In this document: positions 21,735 to 32,000 of the stretch, in pieces
Layout of the letters: each line of letters opens with the position of its first letter
How positions within the stretch are numbered: the first letter of the stretch is position 1
NCBI RefSeq assembly: GCF_000757865.1
Contig: NZ_CP007754.1
Span: 1,860,001 to 1,892,000, forward strand
Length of the DNA stretch: 32,000 bases
Origin: Prochlorococcus sp. MIT 0801
GTDB lineage: Bacteria; Cyanobacteriota; Cyanobacteriia; PCC-6307; Cyanobiaceae
Direction of reading: 5' to 3'
The notes under the pieces: generated by a model
The model's database searches: none
What the model was told of the DNA's origin: nothing
What the model saw: the letters and a program-made list of their open reading frames with translations, nothing else
Program-made: the position numbers and the translations under genes

Positions 21735-22853
21735 ATGAAATTACTGCAAACTCCTCTTTATCAAGAATGCAAAGAATTAGGCGGTAAAATGGTCCCTTTT
21801 GCAAATTGGGAAATGCCTGTTAGTTTTTCTGGGTTAATAGAAGAACACAATGCAGTAAGAAAAAATGTTGGGATGTTCGACATATCTCACATGGGTGTTG
21901 TGCAGTTAAAAGGTAAAAATATCAAAAGCGCATTACAAAATTTAGTTCCCTCAGACGTGTTTCGAATAGGACCTGGTGAAGCGTGTTATACAGTTTTTTT
22001 AAAAGAAAATGGAGGAATTCAAGACGATCTAATCATTTATGATCAAGGAATTTTAGAAACAAAAGAAGAAAGTATAGCTCTAGTTATTAATGCGGCAAGA
22101 AAAGAATCTGACATGGAATGGTTAAGTTCAAATCTTGCTAAAAAAGAAATCACAATATCCGAATTCATGCCAGAGGGTGCATTAATTGCGATCCAAGGTC
22201 CAGAATCCATAAGTACACTTGAGAAAATTCTCGAAGAGCCTTTATATAATTTGCCACGTTTTGGTCACAGAACTATTACTTCAAATCCCAATCTAATAAA
22301 CTCACAAGAATCAATTTTTGTTGCACGAACTGGTTATACAGGAGAGGAAGGTTTCGAATTCTTGTCATCTCCTGAAACAGCAAGGTCTATCTGGAAACGT
22401 CTAATTGCGTCAGGAGTTACTCCATGCGGGCTAGGAGCAAGAGATACACTGCGTTTAGAGGCTTCTATGCATTTATATGGCAACGATATCAACCTAGATA
22501 CAACTCCCTTTGAAGCTGGCTTGGGTTGGTTAGTTCATTTAGAAATGCCTAATGATTTCATAGGTAGGAAAGCTTTAGAAAAACAAGCCGAAGTTGGAAC
22601 GCAAAAAAAACTTGTTGGTATTCAAGTCCTTGATAAAGGAATTGCAAGAAAAGGATATCCAGTTCTATACAACAGCGAAACTGTTGGAATAGTCACTAGC
22701 GGAACTTGGTCACCAACATTGAAAAAACCCATAGCTCTTGCTTATGTGCCAAGCGAAATTGCAAAAGTCCATACTCAAATAGAAGTAGAAATTAGAGGAA
22801 CAAAACATCCTGCAATAATCGTAAAAAGACCTTTCTATCGAAAAGGTTTTTGA
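21735..22853 (+). CDS. gcvT: Aminomethyltransferase, glycine-cleavage T protein
   Basis: 372 aa. Motifs include PLY......G.MV.FA.WEMPV.F.G...EH.AVR...G.FD.SHMG, RTGYTGEEGFE and GLGARD.LRLEA. Confidence 0.93.
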   Translation: MKLLQTPLYQECKELGGKMVPFANWEMPVSFSGLIEEHNAVRKNVGMFDISHMGVVQLKGKNIKSALQNLVPSDVFRIGPGEACYTVFLKENGGIQDDLIIYDQGILETKEESIALVINAARKESDMEWLSSNLAKKEITISEFMPEGALIAIQGPESISTLEKILEEPLYNLPRFGHRTITSNPNLINSQESIFVARTGYTGEEGFEFLSSPETARSIWKRLIASGVTPCGLGARDTLRLEASMHLYGNDINLDTTPFEAGLGWLVHLEMPNDFIGRKALEKQAEVGTQKKLVGIQVLDKGIARKGYPVLYNSETVGIVTSGTWSPTLKKPIALAYVPSEIAKVHTQIEVEIRGTKHPAIIVKRPFYRKGF

Positions 22854-22927
22854 GCAAGTAGAAACTGTGTTGTGCATAAAAGCCGGTCTTTGTGGGAAAC
22901 TCATTATTCATGATGATTGAGAATTTC

Positions 22928-24748
22928 ATGCGCAATAAGACTTGTGGAGAACTACGAGCTTCCGCAATTAGCGCAAATGTTCAACTATGTGGTTGGGTTG
23001 ATCGCAGAAGGGATCATGGCGGAGTAATTTTTATTGATCTAAGAGACCGTTCTGGAACAATTCAAATCACAGTTGATCCAGATCAAGGTCAGGATCTTTT
23101 TAACATCGCTGAAAGTCTTAGAAATGAGACTGTTCTTCAGATCAATGGATTAGTAAGAGCAAGACCTGACGAAGCTATTAATACAAAAATCCCAACCGGT
23201 GAAGTAGAAGTCTTAGCTAAAAATATAAAAATTCTCAATGCTGTGACTGGTACACTTCCTTTCTCAGTATCAATTCATGATGAGGAGAGTGTTAAAGAAG
23301 AAATCAGGCTAAGGCATAGATATTTAGATCTCAGAAGAGAGAGAATGAATAATAATCTTCGATTGAGACATAACACTGTCAAAGCAGCTAGAAGTTTTCT
23401 AGAAAACGAAGGATTTATAGAAGTTGAAACACCAATTTTGACTCGCTCAACTCCGGAAGGAGCCAGAGATTACTTAGTCCCCTCACGTGTATGTGGTGGC
23501 GAGTTTTTTGCTTTACCGCAATCCCCACAATTATTCAAACAATTGTTAATGGTTGGTGGAGTTGAACGTTATTACCAAGTCGCTCGTTGTTTTCGTGATG
23601 AAGATTTACGCGCAGACAGGCAGCCAGAATTTACTCAATTAGATATTGAAATGAGTTTTATGGAGGAAAAAGAGATCATCGAATTAAATGAAAAATTAAT
23701 TGTAAGTATATGGAAAAAAATTAAAGGGATTGATCTCCAAACTCCATTTCCGAGAATGACTTGGCAAGAATCTATGGATCGTTTTGGAACTGACAGACCT
23801 GATACTCGATATGGAATGGAACTTGTCAACACAAGTGATTTATTTTCCAAAAGTGGATTTAAAGTTTTTTCAAATGCTATTTCTTCTGGTGGATGCGTTA
23901 AGTGCATCACCATTGAGGATGGAAATAATTTGATTAGTAATGTAAGAATAAAACCGGGTGGAGATATTTTTAGCGAAGCCCAAAAGGCTGGTGCTGGTGG
24001 ACTAGCATTTATCAGGGTTCGAGATGATCAAGAAGTCGATACAATTGGAGCCATAAAAGATAATTTAACTACCTCGCAAATAAAAGAACTCCTATTAAAA
24101 ACCCAAGCTAAACCTGGTGATCTAATACTTTTTGGTGCAGGACCCACAAACATTGTTAATAGAACCTTAGATAGAGTTCGCCAATTTATTGCGAAAGATC
24201 TAAAGATAATCACAGACAAAGATTTAAAAACTCAGTGGAATTTTCTTTGGGTCACTGATTTTCCTATGTTTGAATTCAATTCTGATGAAAATCGTCTTGA
24301 AGCAATTCATCATCCTTTCTGTGCTCCTAAGCCTGAAGATATTGGTGAATCAGAAAGCGTATGGAAAGACAAATTACCCAATTCAAATGCTCAAGCGTAT
24401 GATCTAGTTCTTAATGGATTAGAAATTGGTGGGGGATCTTTAAGAATTCACAACGCAGAACTTCAAAAAATCGTACTAGAAGTAATTGGTCTATCAAAAA
24501 ATGAAGCAGAAGAGCAATTTGGTTTTTTAATTGATGCCCTTTCCATGGGTGCTCCACCGCATGGTGGGATTGCATTTGGACTGGACAGAATAGTTATGCT
24601 CTTAGCCAATGAAGATTCAATTAGAGATACTATTGCTTTTCCAAAAACACAACAAGCTCGTTGTTCTATGGCTAAAGCGCCTGCAAACGTGGAAAACAAA
24701 CAATTAGAAGACCTCCACATAGCTTCTACTTGGATAGATCCTGATTGA
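22928..24748 (+). CDS. aspS: Aspartyl-tRNA synthetase
   Basis: [10 protein letters not shown]......[25 protein letters not shown] is the canonical AspRS N-terminus. Class II motifs are also present ([18 protein letters not shown]; GGGS.RIH; GLDR). The ORF-track start at 22892 is GTG, ATGs also occur at 22910 and 22913, and I prefer ATG 22928. Confidence 0.93.
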   Translation: MRNKTCGELRASAISANVQLCGWVDRRRDHGGVIFIDLRDRSGTIQITVDPDQGQDLFNIAESLRNETVLQINGLVRARPDEAINTKIPTGEVEVLAKNIKILNAVTGTLPFSVSIHDEESVKEEIRLRHRYLDLRRERMNNNLRLRHNTVKAARSFLENEGFIEVETPILTRSTPEGARDYLVPSRVCGGEFFALPQSPQLFKQLLMVGGVERYYQVARCFRDEDLRADRQPEFTQLDIEMSFMEEKEIIELNEKLIVSIWKKIKGIDLQTPFPRMTWQESMDRFGTDRPDTRYGMELVNTSDLFSKSGFKVFSNAISSGGCVKCITIEDGNNLISNVRIKPGGDIFSEAQKAGAGGLAFIRVRDDQEVDTIGAIKDNLTTSQIKELLLKTQAKPGDLILFGAGPTNIVNRTLDRVRQFIAKDLKIITDKDLKTQWNFLWVTDFPMFEFNSDENRLEAIHHPFCAPKPEDIGESESVWKDKLPNSNAQAYDLVLNGLEIGGGSLRIHNAELQKIVLEVIGLSKNEAEEQFGFLIDALSMGAPPHGGIAFGLDRIVMLLANEDSIRDTIAFPKTQQARCSMAKAPANVENKQLEDLHIASTWIDPD

Positions 24749-24851
24749 ATTGATAGAAATTAGCGGTAAAAACATTATCCTAAAGAGAAAATATGTAAAT
24801 TTCTTGGCGTTTACCTAGATCAAGGTAGCTTAAAGAATGATTGAAAAGTAA

Positions 24852-26519
<1,668 letters not shown>

Positions 26520-27161
26520 ATGGGATCTTCTCTACCAGTAGTGGAATGTTTTCATTCTCTACAAGGAGAAGGAGAACATGCAGGTAGAAGCGCTTACTTC
26601 ATCAGATTGGCTAGTTGTAAAGTTGGATGTCCCTGGTGTGATACAAAAGATTCGTGGAATTCAGAACTTCATCCACAACAAAGCTTGATAGATTTATCAA
26701 CTCAAACAGCCAAAGCTCAAGAAGAAGGTGCAGCCTTTGTTGTAATCACGGGAGGCGAGCCATTACATCATAATTTAGATGATCTCTGTAAAGAAATTAG
26801 AAAATCTACACTCAACCCAGAGAAAAAATCTATTCCAATTCATCTCGAAACTAGTGGCGTAGATATGCTAAGTGGCAAGCCAGATTGGATAACATTATCT
26901 CCTAAACGGCATTCTCCTCCACGCCTTGATAATCTCTTATCTTGCCAAGAATTAAAAGTTGTTATCCAAAATGCTGAAGATTTAGTTTTTGCTAAAACAA
27001 TGGCTGATTCAATAAAAAATAATGGAAAAATTAAACCTCAATTATTTTTGCAAGCAGGATGGGAAAATGAAGAGGGACAAACACTTGCAATCAAGTTTGT
27101 CAAAAATAATCCAAATTGGAGATTAAGTATGCAAACTCACAAATGGCTAGGTGTACTCTAA
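26520..27161 (+). CDS. queE: 7-carboxy-7-deazaguanine synthase (radical SAM)
   Basis: 213 aa. ECFHSLQGEGEHAGRSAYFIRLASCKVGCPWCDT carries the QueE-type QGEG motif and the CxxxCxxC radical-SAM cluster site. The ATG directly abuts the pyrG TAA. Confidence 0.87.
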   Translation: MGSSLPVVECFHSLQGEGEHAGRSAYFIRLASCKVGCPWCDTKDSWNSELHPQQSLIDLSTQTAKAQEEGAAFVVITGGEPLHHNLDDLCKEIRKSTLNPEKKSIPIHLETSGVDMLSGKPDWITLSPKRHSPPRLDNLLSCQELKVVIQNAEDLVFAKTMADSIKNNGKIKPQLFLQAGWENEEGQTLAIKFVKNNPNWRLSMQTHKWLGVL

Positions 27162-27210
27162 CCATCTATATAAATGAGATTTTGCTTCATTAGATTTAAA
27201 AATAAAAATA

Positions 27211-27888
27211 ATGATTGAACAGACAACAATTGCATTACTTTCTGGAGGAATTGATTCAGCTACAGCTGCATGTATCGCTATGGAAGCTGGGCAAAAAGTA
27301 ATTGGATTATCATTTGATTATGGCCAGCGACATCTTAAGGAGTTACAAGCAGCAGCAGATTTAGCAAAAAATTTAAATCTTGAGGATCATATAACAATAA
27401 AGATTGATTTATCTTCTTGGGGTGGTTCCTCCTTGACCGACACGTCACAAGCAATACCAACTAAAGGCATACAAAAAAATACTATTCCTAACACTTACGT
27501 TCCTGGTAGAAACACGATCTTTGTTGCTATTGGTTTGAGTCTTGCAGAAGCACGTGGAGCCAATCGAATCGCATTAGGAATAAATGCAATGGACTATTCT
27601 GGATATCCAGACTGTAGACCGGATTATTTAAAAGCATATCAAGAATTAGCTAACCTATCGAGCAGAGTAGGACGCGAGGGAAAAGGGATAAAACTATGGG
27701 CTCCACTACTAGATTGGGAAAAAACAAAAATCTTTGAAGAGGCATTACGCTTAAAAATTCCTATAGAAAAAACATGGAGCTGCTATCAAGGTGAAAGTAA
27801 ACCGTGTGGGAGATGTGATAGTTGTCGTATTAGAGATAAAGCATTAAAAGAAATAGGTCGCGAAGATCTATGTAGTCAAAATATCTAG
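27211..27888 (+). CDS. queC: 7-cyano-7-deazaguanine (preQ0) synthase
   Basis: 225 aa. It has the PP-loop LSGGIDS, YGQRH, YVPGRN, and the C-terminal zinc site C....CG.CDSC. Confidence 0.92.
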   Translation: MIEQTTIALLSGGIDSATAACIAMEAGQKVIGLSFDYGQRHLKELQAAADLAKNLNLEDHITIKIDLSSWGGSSLTDTSQAIPTKGIQKNTIPNTYVPGRNTIFVAIGLSLAEARGANRIALGINAMDYSGYPDCRPDYLKAYQELANLSSRVGREGKGIKLWAPLLDWEKTKIFEEALRLKIPIEKTWSCYQGESKPCGRCDSCRIRDKALKEIGREDLCSQNI

Positions 27889-29228
27889 TGAATAATATTA
27901 AACGACTACTATGTCAGTGGGAATCACCTGAGCAAGTAGCCTATAAATTGATTCAAGAATGGGGAGAGGCAGGATTTATATGGCTTGATGGCGATGGGAG
28001 TGATTTAGGTCGATGGGTCACCTTAGGAATTAATCCTTTAGAACAGTTTTGCTCTAGAGAATTAGAAAATTCAAAAAAGTACTCTAATCCTTTTAAAATT
28101 TTACGCGAATTACCCCAAGGGCATTGGACTGGTTGGTTGAGTTATGAAGCTGCATCTTGGACAGAACCACAAAACCCATGGCAACAAAGTTCTATGGCAA
28201 CTTTATGGATAGCCTCTCATGACCCTATATTAAAATTTGATCTTCAAAATAAAGAGCTATGGCTAGAAGGCAAAGATGAAACGCGCATCTCAATTATGGA
28301 AAATTTTCTAAAAAGTACTTTTCATCAAAAGCTTTCCAAACCAGACAGTGAAGCAGCAAAACAAGCAGAACGCAAACACAGTATTCCCCTAGAATCTTGG
28401 GACTGGAGGTTAACAAGTCAAGAGTATTCTGAAAGAGTTGATGAGATCAAAGCATGGATTGCGAACGGTGATATCTTTCAGGCTAATCTAACCACCTCAT
28501 GCCATGCCCCATTGCCAGAATCCATGCGTCCAATAGACGTATATTCAAAACTTAAAAAATGCTCCTCTGCTCCATTTGCTGGAGTAATTATCGGCGATCA
28601 GATGGCAAAAGGAGAAGCTATTATATCAACTTCACCAGAAAGATTTTTAAAAGCGTTACCCACTGGAGAGGTCGAAACAAGACCAATCAAGGGAACTAGA
28701 CCCAGAGATAGAGATCCAGAAAAAGATGCTGATTGGGCAGCAGAGCTTATTTGTAGTCCAAAAGATCATGCTGAGAATGTAATGATTGTAGATCTACTAA
28801 GAAATGATCTTGGAAGAGTATGCCAACCTGGTTCAATCAAAGTACCTCATCTACTAGTTTTAGAAAGCTATTCACAAGTTCATCATCTCACTTCAGTAGT
28901 TAAAGGTAGACTCAATACAAATAAAACTTGGGTTGACTTGCTTGAAGCCTGCTGGCCAGGTGGTTCCGTAACAGGAGCACCCAAGCTTAGGGCATGTAAA
29001 AGATTGTATGAGCTTGAACCAACAGCGAGAGGTCCATATTGTGGATCAATATTAAATATAAATTGGGATGGGGTCCTTGATAGCAATATTCTCATTCGAT
29101 CTTTAATGATTAAAGAATCCACTATTACTGCTAATGCTGGATGTGGAATTGTTGCAGATTCAGATAGTCAAAAGGAAGCTGAGGAAATGAATTGGAAATT
29201 AATGCCACTTTTAAAAGCATTAACATGA
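27888..29228 (+). CDS. pabB: Aminodeoxychorismate synthase component I (chorismate-binding enzyme, PabB type)
   Basis: 446 aa. GDIFQANLT, SPERFL, RPIKGTRPR, MIVDLLRNDLGRV, GGSVTGAPK and RGPYCGS are chorismate-utilising enzyme motifs. Its short length and translational coupling to a class-IV aminotransferase favour PabB over TrpE. It has a GTG start overlapping the queC TAG by 1 nt. Confidence 0.8.
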   Translation: MNNIKRLLCQWESPEQVAYKLIQEWGEAGFIWLDGDGSDLGRWVTLGINPLEQFCSRELENSKKYSNPFKILRELPQGHWTGWLSYEAASWTEPQNPWQQSSMATLWIASHDPILKFDLQNKELWLEGKDETRISIMENFLKSTFHQKLSKPDSEAAKQAERKHSIPLESWDWRLTSQEYSERVDEIKAWIANGDIFQANLTTSCHAPLPESMRPIDVYSKLKKCSSAPFAGVIIGDQMAKGEAIISTSPERFLKALPTGEVETRPIKGTRPRDRDPEKDADWAAELICSPKDHAENVMIVDLLRNDLGRVCQPGSIKVPHLLVLESYSQVHHLTSVVKGRLNTNKTWVDLLEACWPGGSVTGAPKLRACKRLYELEPTARGPYCGSILNINWDGVLDSNILIRSLMIKESTITANAGCGIVADSDSQKEAEEMNWKLMPLLKALT

Positions 29229-30052
29229 CTGAAAATAAGAAAGAAAAATTAGGCTGGATTAATGGTCACTGGGGAATCTTCAAAGATTTAAAAGTACCTA
29301 TTAATGATCGAGGTCTCAACTTTGCAGATGGAATCTTTGAAACGATTTTCATTTTGAATGGAGTTCCGCAGCTTCTTAATGAGCATTTAAATAGATGGGA
29401 AAAAAGTGCAAGTATTTTAGAAATGAATCCTCCACCATCAAAAGAATGGTTGATTTCGCTCGTTGAAGATGGCATTAATAGAGCAGAATTAAAGAACATC
29501 AATGGAGTCATTCGTATTAATTGGACCAGAGGAGAGTCCGAACAACGTGGAATTGATATCAACAAGACAAGCCTTCATAGTTTTTGGTTGGAGATAGATT
29601 CTTTTCAACCAAATTTTGAACCTATATCTACAATAATCAGTCAAACCGAAAGAAGAAATTCTTTTAGCCGATTGAGTTCTTGTAAAACATTTTCCTATAA
29701 CCAAGGGATTCAAGCACGTATTGAAGCAAAAAATCTAGGCTTTAATGATGCACTATTATTAAATAGTCAAGGTGAAATATGTTGTGCCACGACAGCAAAT
29801 ATATTAGTAAAAAGAGAAAATAATTGGTTAACTCCACCATCTAATAGTGGTTGTCTACCTGGCATAATGCGTCAACGAGGAATTGAGTTGAACATAATAA
29901 AAGAAGCTCTCATTGAAGCGACACCACAAGATAATGATGAATGGTTTTTAATCAATAGTTTAAGTTGTCGTCCAATTCAAAAAATAAACAAAAAAGAATT
30001 AAAAATATCAACTAACCCCAAAGAATTTTGGCTGAGTTTGTTAAAAATCTAA
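29225..30052 (+). CDS. pabC: Aminodeoxychorismate lyase (class IV aminotransferase fold)
   Basis: GWINGHW........PINDRGLNFADGIFET is the typical class-IV N-terminus. The ATG at 29225 forms an ATGA overlap with the pabB stop. The ORF-track start at 29192 would overlap pabB by 37 nt and adds non-conserved residues. Confidence 0.75.
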   Translation: MTENKKEKLGWINGHWGIFKDLKVPINDRGLNFADGIFETIFILNGVPQLLNEHLNRWEKSASILEMNPPPSKEWLISLVEDGINRAELKNINGVIRINWTRGESEQRGIDINKTSLHSFWLEIDSFQPNFEPISTIISQTERRNSFSRLSSCKTFSYNQGIQARIEAKNLGFNDALLLNSQGEICCATTANILVKRENNWLTPPSNSGCLPGIMRQRGIELNIIKEALIEATPQDNDEWFLINSLSCRPIQKINKKELKISTNPKEFWLSLLKI

Positions 30053-30074
30053 AAAATAATATCGGACATACTAT

Positions 30075-30860
30075 CTATATAGGAATTGGAAATGTCACTT
30101 CAGCTGGCTTTGGAGAGCAAGCTTCTACTTGAAAATCCACAACTGAACCTATTACAACAATCGCAGGAGACCTTATATTTTCTTCTTGAACTCGGTCAAA
30201 AAGCTTTACCAAAGGGCTCTTAATATAACGTTGACCAATAACAGTACCCTGCTCAATTACTGCCGCAGACGTCTCAGGATTCATACCACCAGCAATCAAC
30301 TCTGCTGAGATAAATTTTAAATTATGAACACCCATATATATAACGATTCCATCACTGGATTTCGCTAAAGACCGCCAATTTACAGCTGGGCGTTTTTTAT
30401 CAATCCCCTCATGTCCAGTCACAAAAGTGACTGAAGATCCAGCACGTCTATGAGTAATAGGTATCCCAACATAGGCAGGAGCAGCTATACCTGATGTAAC
30501 CCCAGGTACTACTTGTACTGGAACCCCTTTTTTATGAAGATAAGAAGCTTCTTCCGCACCTCTACCAAACAAAAATGGATCACCACCTTTTAATCTAACA
30601 ATACAAGAATAACTCTTTGCTAAATCAAATAAAATATCATTCGTTGTCCTCTGAGGAACCGAATGATGACCACGCCTCTTACCCACTGAATGAAGTTGAC
30701 AATTTGAAGAAACTAATTCAAGTAGCTCTATAGGAACTAAAGAGTCGTATACAAGCGCATCACATTTACTAATTAGTTTTTGCGCTTTAACTGTTAATAA
30801 ATCGGGATCACCAGGACCTGCTCCGACAAGATGCACAGTGCCAAACTGATTTGTATTCAT
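30075..30860 (-). CDS. cobA: Uroporphyrinogen-III C-methyltransferase (SUMT; first sirohaem/cobalamin step)
   Basis: 261 aa. VHLVGAGPGDPDLLT, RLKGGDPF.FGRG.EE and VPG.TS..A are present. There is no dehydrogenase or chelatase domain, so this is CobA rather than a full CysG. Confidence 0.9.
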   Translation of the reverse strand: MNTNQFGTVHLVGAGPGDPDLLTVKAQKLISKCDALVYDSLVPIELLELVSSNCQLHSVGKRRGHHSVPQRTTNDILFDLAKSYSCIVRLKGGDPFLFGRGAEEASYLHKKGVPVQVVPGVTSGIAAPAYVGIPITHRRAGSSVTFVTGHEGIDKKRPAVNWRSLAKSSDGIVIYMGVHNLKFISAELIAGGMNPETSAAVIEQGTVIGQRYIKSPLVKLFDRVQEENIRSPAIVVIGSVVDFQVEACSPKPAEVTFPIPI

Positions 30861-31669
30861 GGCAAGTTACCCAAAATATTAACAAGACCACGATGAATAA
30901 TATCAATCTCAAGCAAAGATTTAAGCTGCTCTCCTTTACTATCAATTTCTACATTTTTGTTTGGAGTCAAAAGATAGGGAATAGGAAGATAATTCTTCTC
31001 CTTTTTAACAGTATCTTGATTCCATCTAGACCATGAATAAAGAGGAATATTTAGGAATTTTTCTAAGGACTTAAGAAAAACATCTGAAGTATCTGAAGAG
31101 ACAGGGTGATGAATCAACGCAGGTTTAAGAAAAGGACTCTGACTAGTTATCAGATCATCTATTAATGATAGCCATGGTATAAAAGAACCTAGGAAAGGAA
31201 ACAATTTTATATTTTGTCCCTCTTCTTGCAAACGTTTAAATATTTTTGGTACATCAATACAAACATGACTTCCAGGTAACAAAAAAAGAGGAACTAAAAA
31301 CACTGATCTATTACCGATGTCAATTTGCTCTGGATTGTCATCAGTTAAAGCCTCTATTGAAACAGAGCGATTTTTATGCCTTTTTAATTGGTCAACCAAA
31401 GAAAGAAGAGATGGATGTATCTCACCACCTCTAGAACCATGCACTAGTAAATGTAAATGGTGAGGAGGCTCACAATTAATTCTATTTGGTAACAAAGACA
31501 ACTTTTGATGGACATCTGAAGATGTATTAGTACTTTCAGCTAATTTATTAAAATTGAGATGATGAGAAATTCTAGATACTCGAGAACAAATAATTTCAGG
31601 CGAGGAGAGGGGGTTGATCGAAGAAACACTCAATACAGAGGAAGAAAAAGATTCAAAAGTACTTTTCAT
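30857..31669 (-). CDS. CbiX/SirB-like chelatase (candidate sirohydrochlorin ferrochelatase) with a Ser-rich N-terminal extension
   Basis: LHLLVHGSRGG and LVPLFLLPGSHVCIDVP match the CbiX/SirB GHGSR and P.FL..G.H...D.P motifs. A second degenerate half-domain follows (ALIHHPVSS... IPYLLTPN). Its stop overlaps the cobA start (ATGA, 30857-30860). The maximal ORF starts at TTG 31750 (297 aa). ATG 31669 has a GAGG Shine-Dalgarno-like element 5 nt upstream, so the start is uncertain. Confidence 0.62.
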   Translation of the reverse strand: MKSTFESFSSSVLSVSSINPLSSPEIICSRVSRISHHLNFNKLAESTNTSSDVHQKLSLLPNRINCEPPHHLHLLVHGSRGGEIHPSLLSLVDQLKRHKNRSVSIEALTDDNPEQIDIGNRSVFLVPLFLLPGSHVCIDVPKIFKRLQEEGQNIKLFPFLGSFIPWLSLIDDLITSQSPFLKPALIHHPVSSDTSDVFLKSLEKFLNIPLYSWSRWNQDTVKKEKNYLPIPYLLTPNKNVEIDSKGEQLKSLLEIDIIHRGLVNILGNLP

Positions 31670-31803
31670 AGAGACCTCTTTGCTATGAAAGAGGTTTGGG
31701 AAATGCTCAAAAGTGGAGCGATTAGAAGCCTCGGAGAAATTGGACGCCAATACTAAATGAGAAATTATGAAACCAATTAATCAATTAAATGGATAAACAG
31801 GAT

Positions 31804-31817
31804 GTATTGAATGATAC
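31804..31817. promoter_or_regulatory. Perfect NtcA-box consensus GTA-N8-TAC (box 1), facing the CbiX-like/cobA operon
   Basis: The sequence is tGTAttgaatgaTACc. On the minus strand a TAATTG -10-like hexamer (31779-31774) lies 24 nt away. This is compatible with a class II NtcA-activated promoter. Confidence 0.55.
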
Positions 31818-31837
31818 CAAAATAAATAAAAAATTTG

Positions 31838-31851
31838 GTAAAAACTGATAC
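31838..31851. promoter_or_regulatory. Perfect NtcA-box consensus GTA-N8-TAC (box 2), facing nirA
   Basis: The sequence is gGTAaaaactgaTACa. A TAATTA hexamer at 31876-81 (and TATAAA at 31880-85) lies 24-28 nt downstream. The ATG of the downstream ORF is at 31904. Confidence 0.6.
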
Positions 31852-31903
31852 ATCTAAAGTTTAGATTTTAAAGGTTAATTATAAATGTCAAGTCTCAATA
31901 CCA

Positions 31904-32000
31904 ATGGTTCAATACTATCTCGAAGGCAAAAAACTAAATCAAGTTGAAAAAAATAAAGCTGCTAAGGATGGACTCGAAATCGGAAAGGATATAGACAAAT
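31904..32000 (+). CDS. nirA: Probable ferredoxin-nitrite reductase, first 32 codons only (runs off the right edge)
   Basis: My translation is MVQYYLEGKKLNQVEKNKAAKDGLEIGKDIDK. As I remember them, the KLN..E..KA.KDGL start resembles cyanobacterial NirA N-termini. NtcA boxes upstream and sirohaem genes next door fit this call. The fragment is too short to exclude the paralogous sulfite reductase. Confidence 0.5.
   Translation, partial: MVQYYLEGKKLNQVEKNKAAKDGLEIGKDIDK

Noticed and set aside
22892-22927. Extended N-termini implied by ORF-track starts: aspS GTG 22892, pabC ATG 29192, mnmG TTG 7332 and the DedA-like TTG 14529.
   Set aside because: Downstream ATGs give N-termini that match family consensus, or remove long overlaps with the preceding gene. 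The extensions add non-conserved residues. The exact starts still need comparative or proteomic confirmation.
27162-27210. preQ1-riboswitch-like element in the queE-queC spacer: a small hairpin aatga/tcatt followed by an A-rich tail.
   Set aside because: The stem is 5 A/T-rich base pairs. The loop lacks the conserved preQ1-I nucleotides as I recall them, and the A-rich tail is just the local composition. The position between queE and queC rather than at the operon start also argues against it.
31885-31947. A 20-codon upstream ORF (ATG 31885) overlapping the putative nirA start in another frame.
   Set aside because: If transcription starts where the NtcA-box geometry predicts (about 31886-31890), this ATG is not in the mRNA. 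The peptide has no notable features, and the frame starting at 31904 matches a NirA-like N-terminus.

Overview
This is an AT-rich (roughly one-third G+C by eye), very gene-dense bacterial chromosome segment. Gene content and order are gcvP-gcvH, desC, rplI-dnaB, mnmG, ligA, valS, tRNA-Val, mazG-speE-speB, gcvT-aspS, pyrG-queE-queC-pabB-pabC, cobA, then a probable nirA. This looks like the syntenic core genome of a marine picocyanobacterium, most likely Prochlorococcus. A nitrite-assimilating low-light-type lineage is my guess, but that is inference from memory and needs a database search. I call 33 CDS (one of them a low-confidence small ORF), one tRNA and two regulatory boxes. Two genes are cut by the window edges and so are missing from the supplied ORF track: gcvP at the left edge and a probable nirA at the right edge. 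I see no rRNA, CRISPR array, transposase, integrase, phage gene, recognisable defence gene or long repeat. My honest verdict is that this is an ordinary housekeeping region and I cannot support a novel multi-gene system here. Several items still deserve a second look. (1) A mirror-image pair of perfect NtcA boxes lies between a CbiX/SirB-like-cobA sirohaem operon and nirA. (2) The CbiX-like protein has an odd Ser-rich N-terminal extension. (3) An XRE-like protein and a YnbB-family PLP enzyme sit directly upstream of gcvH-gcvP. (4) A HesB/IscA-fold protein has lost its Cys ligands. (5) An unannotated 52-codon ORF overlaps the ligA stop. (6) A handful of small conserved-looking hypothetical genes remain uncharacterised. 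Several ORF-track starts use TTG or GTG and were re-assessed.
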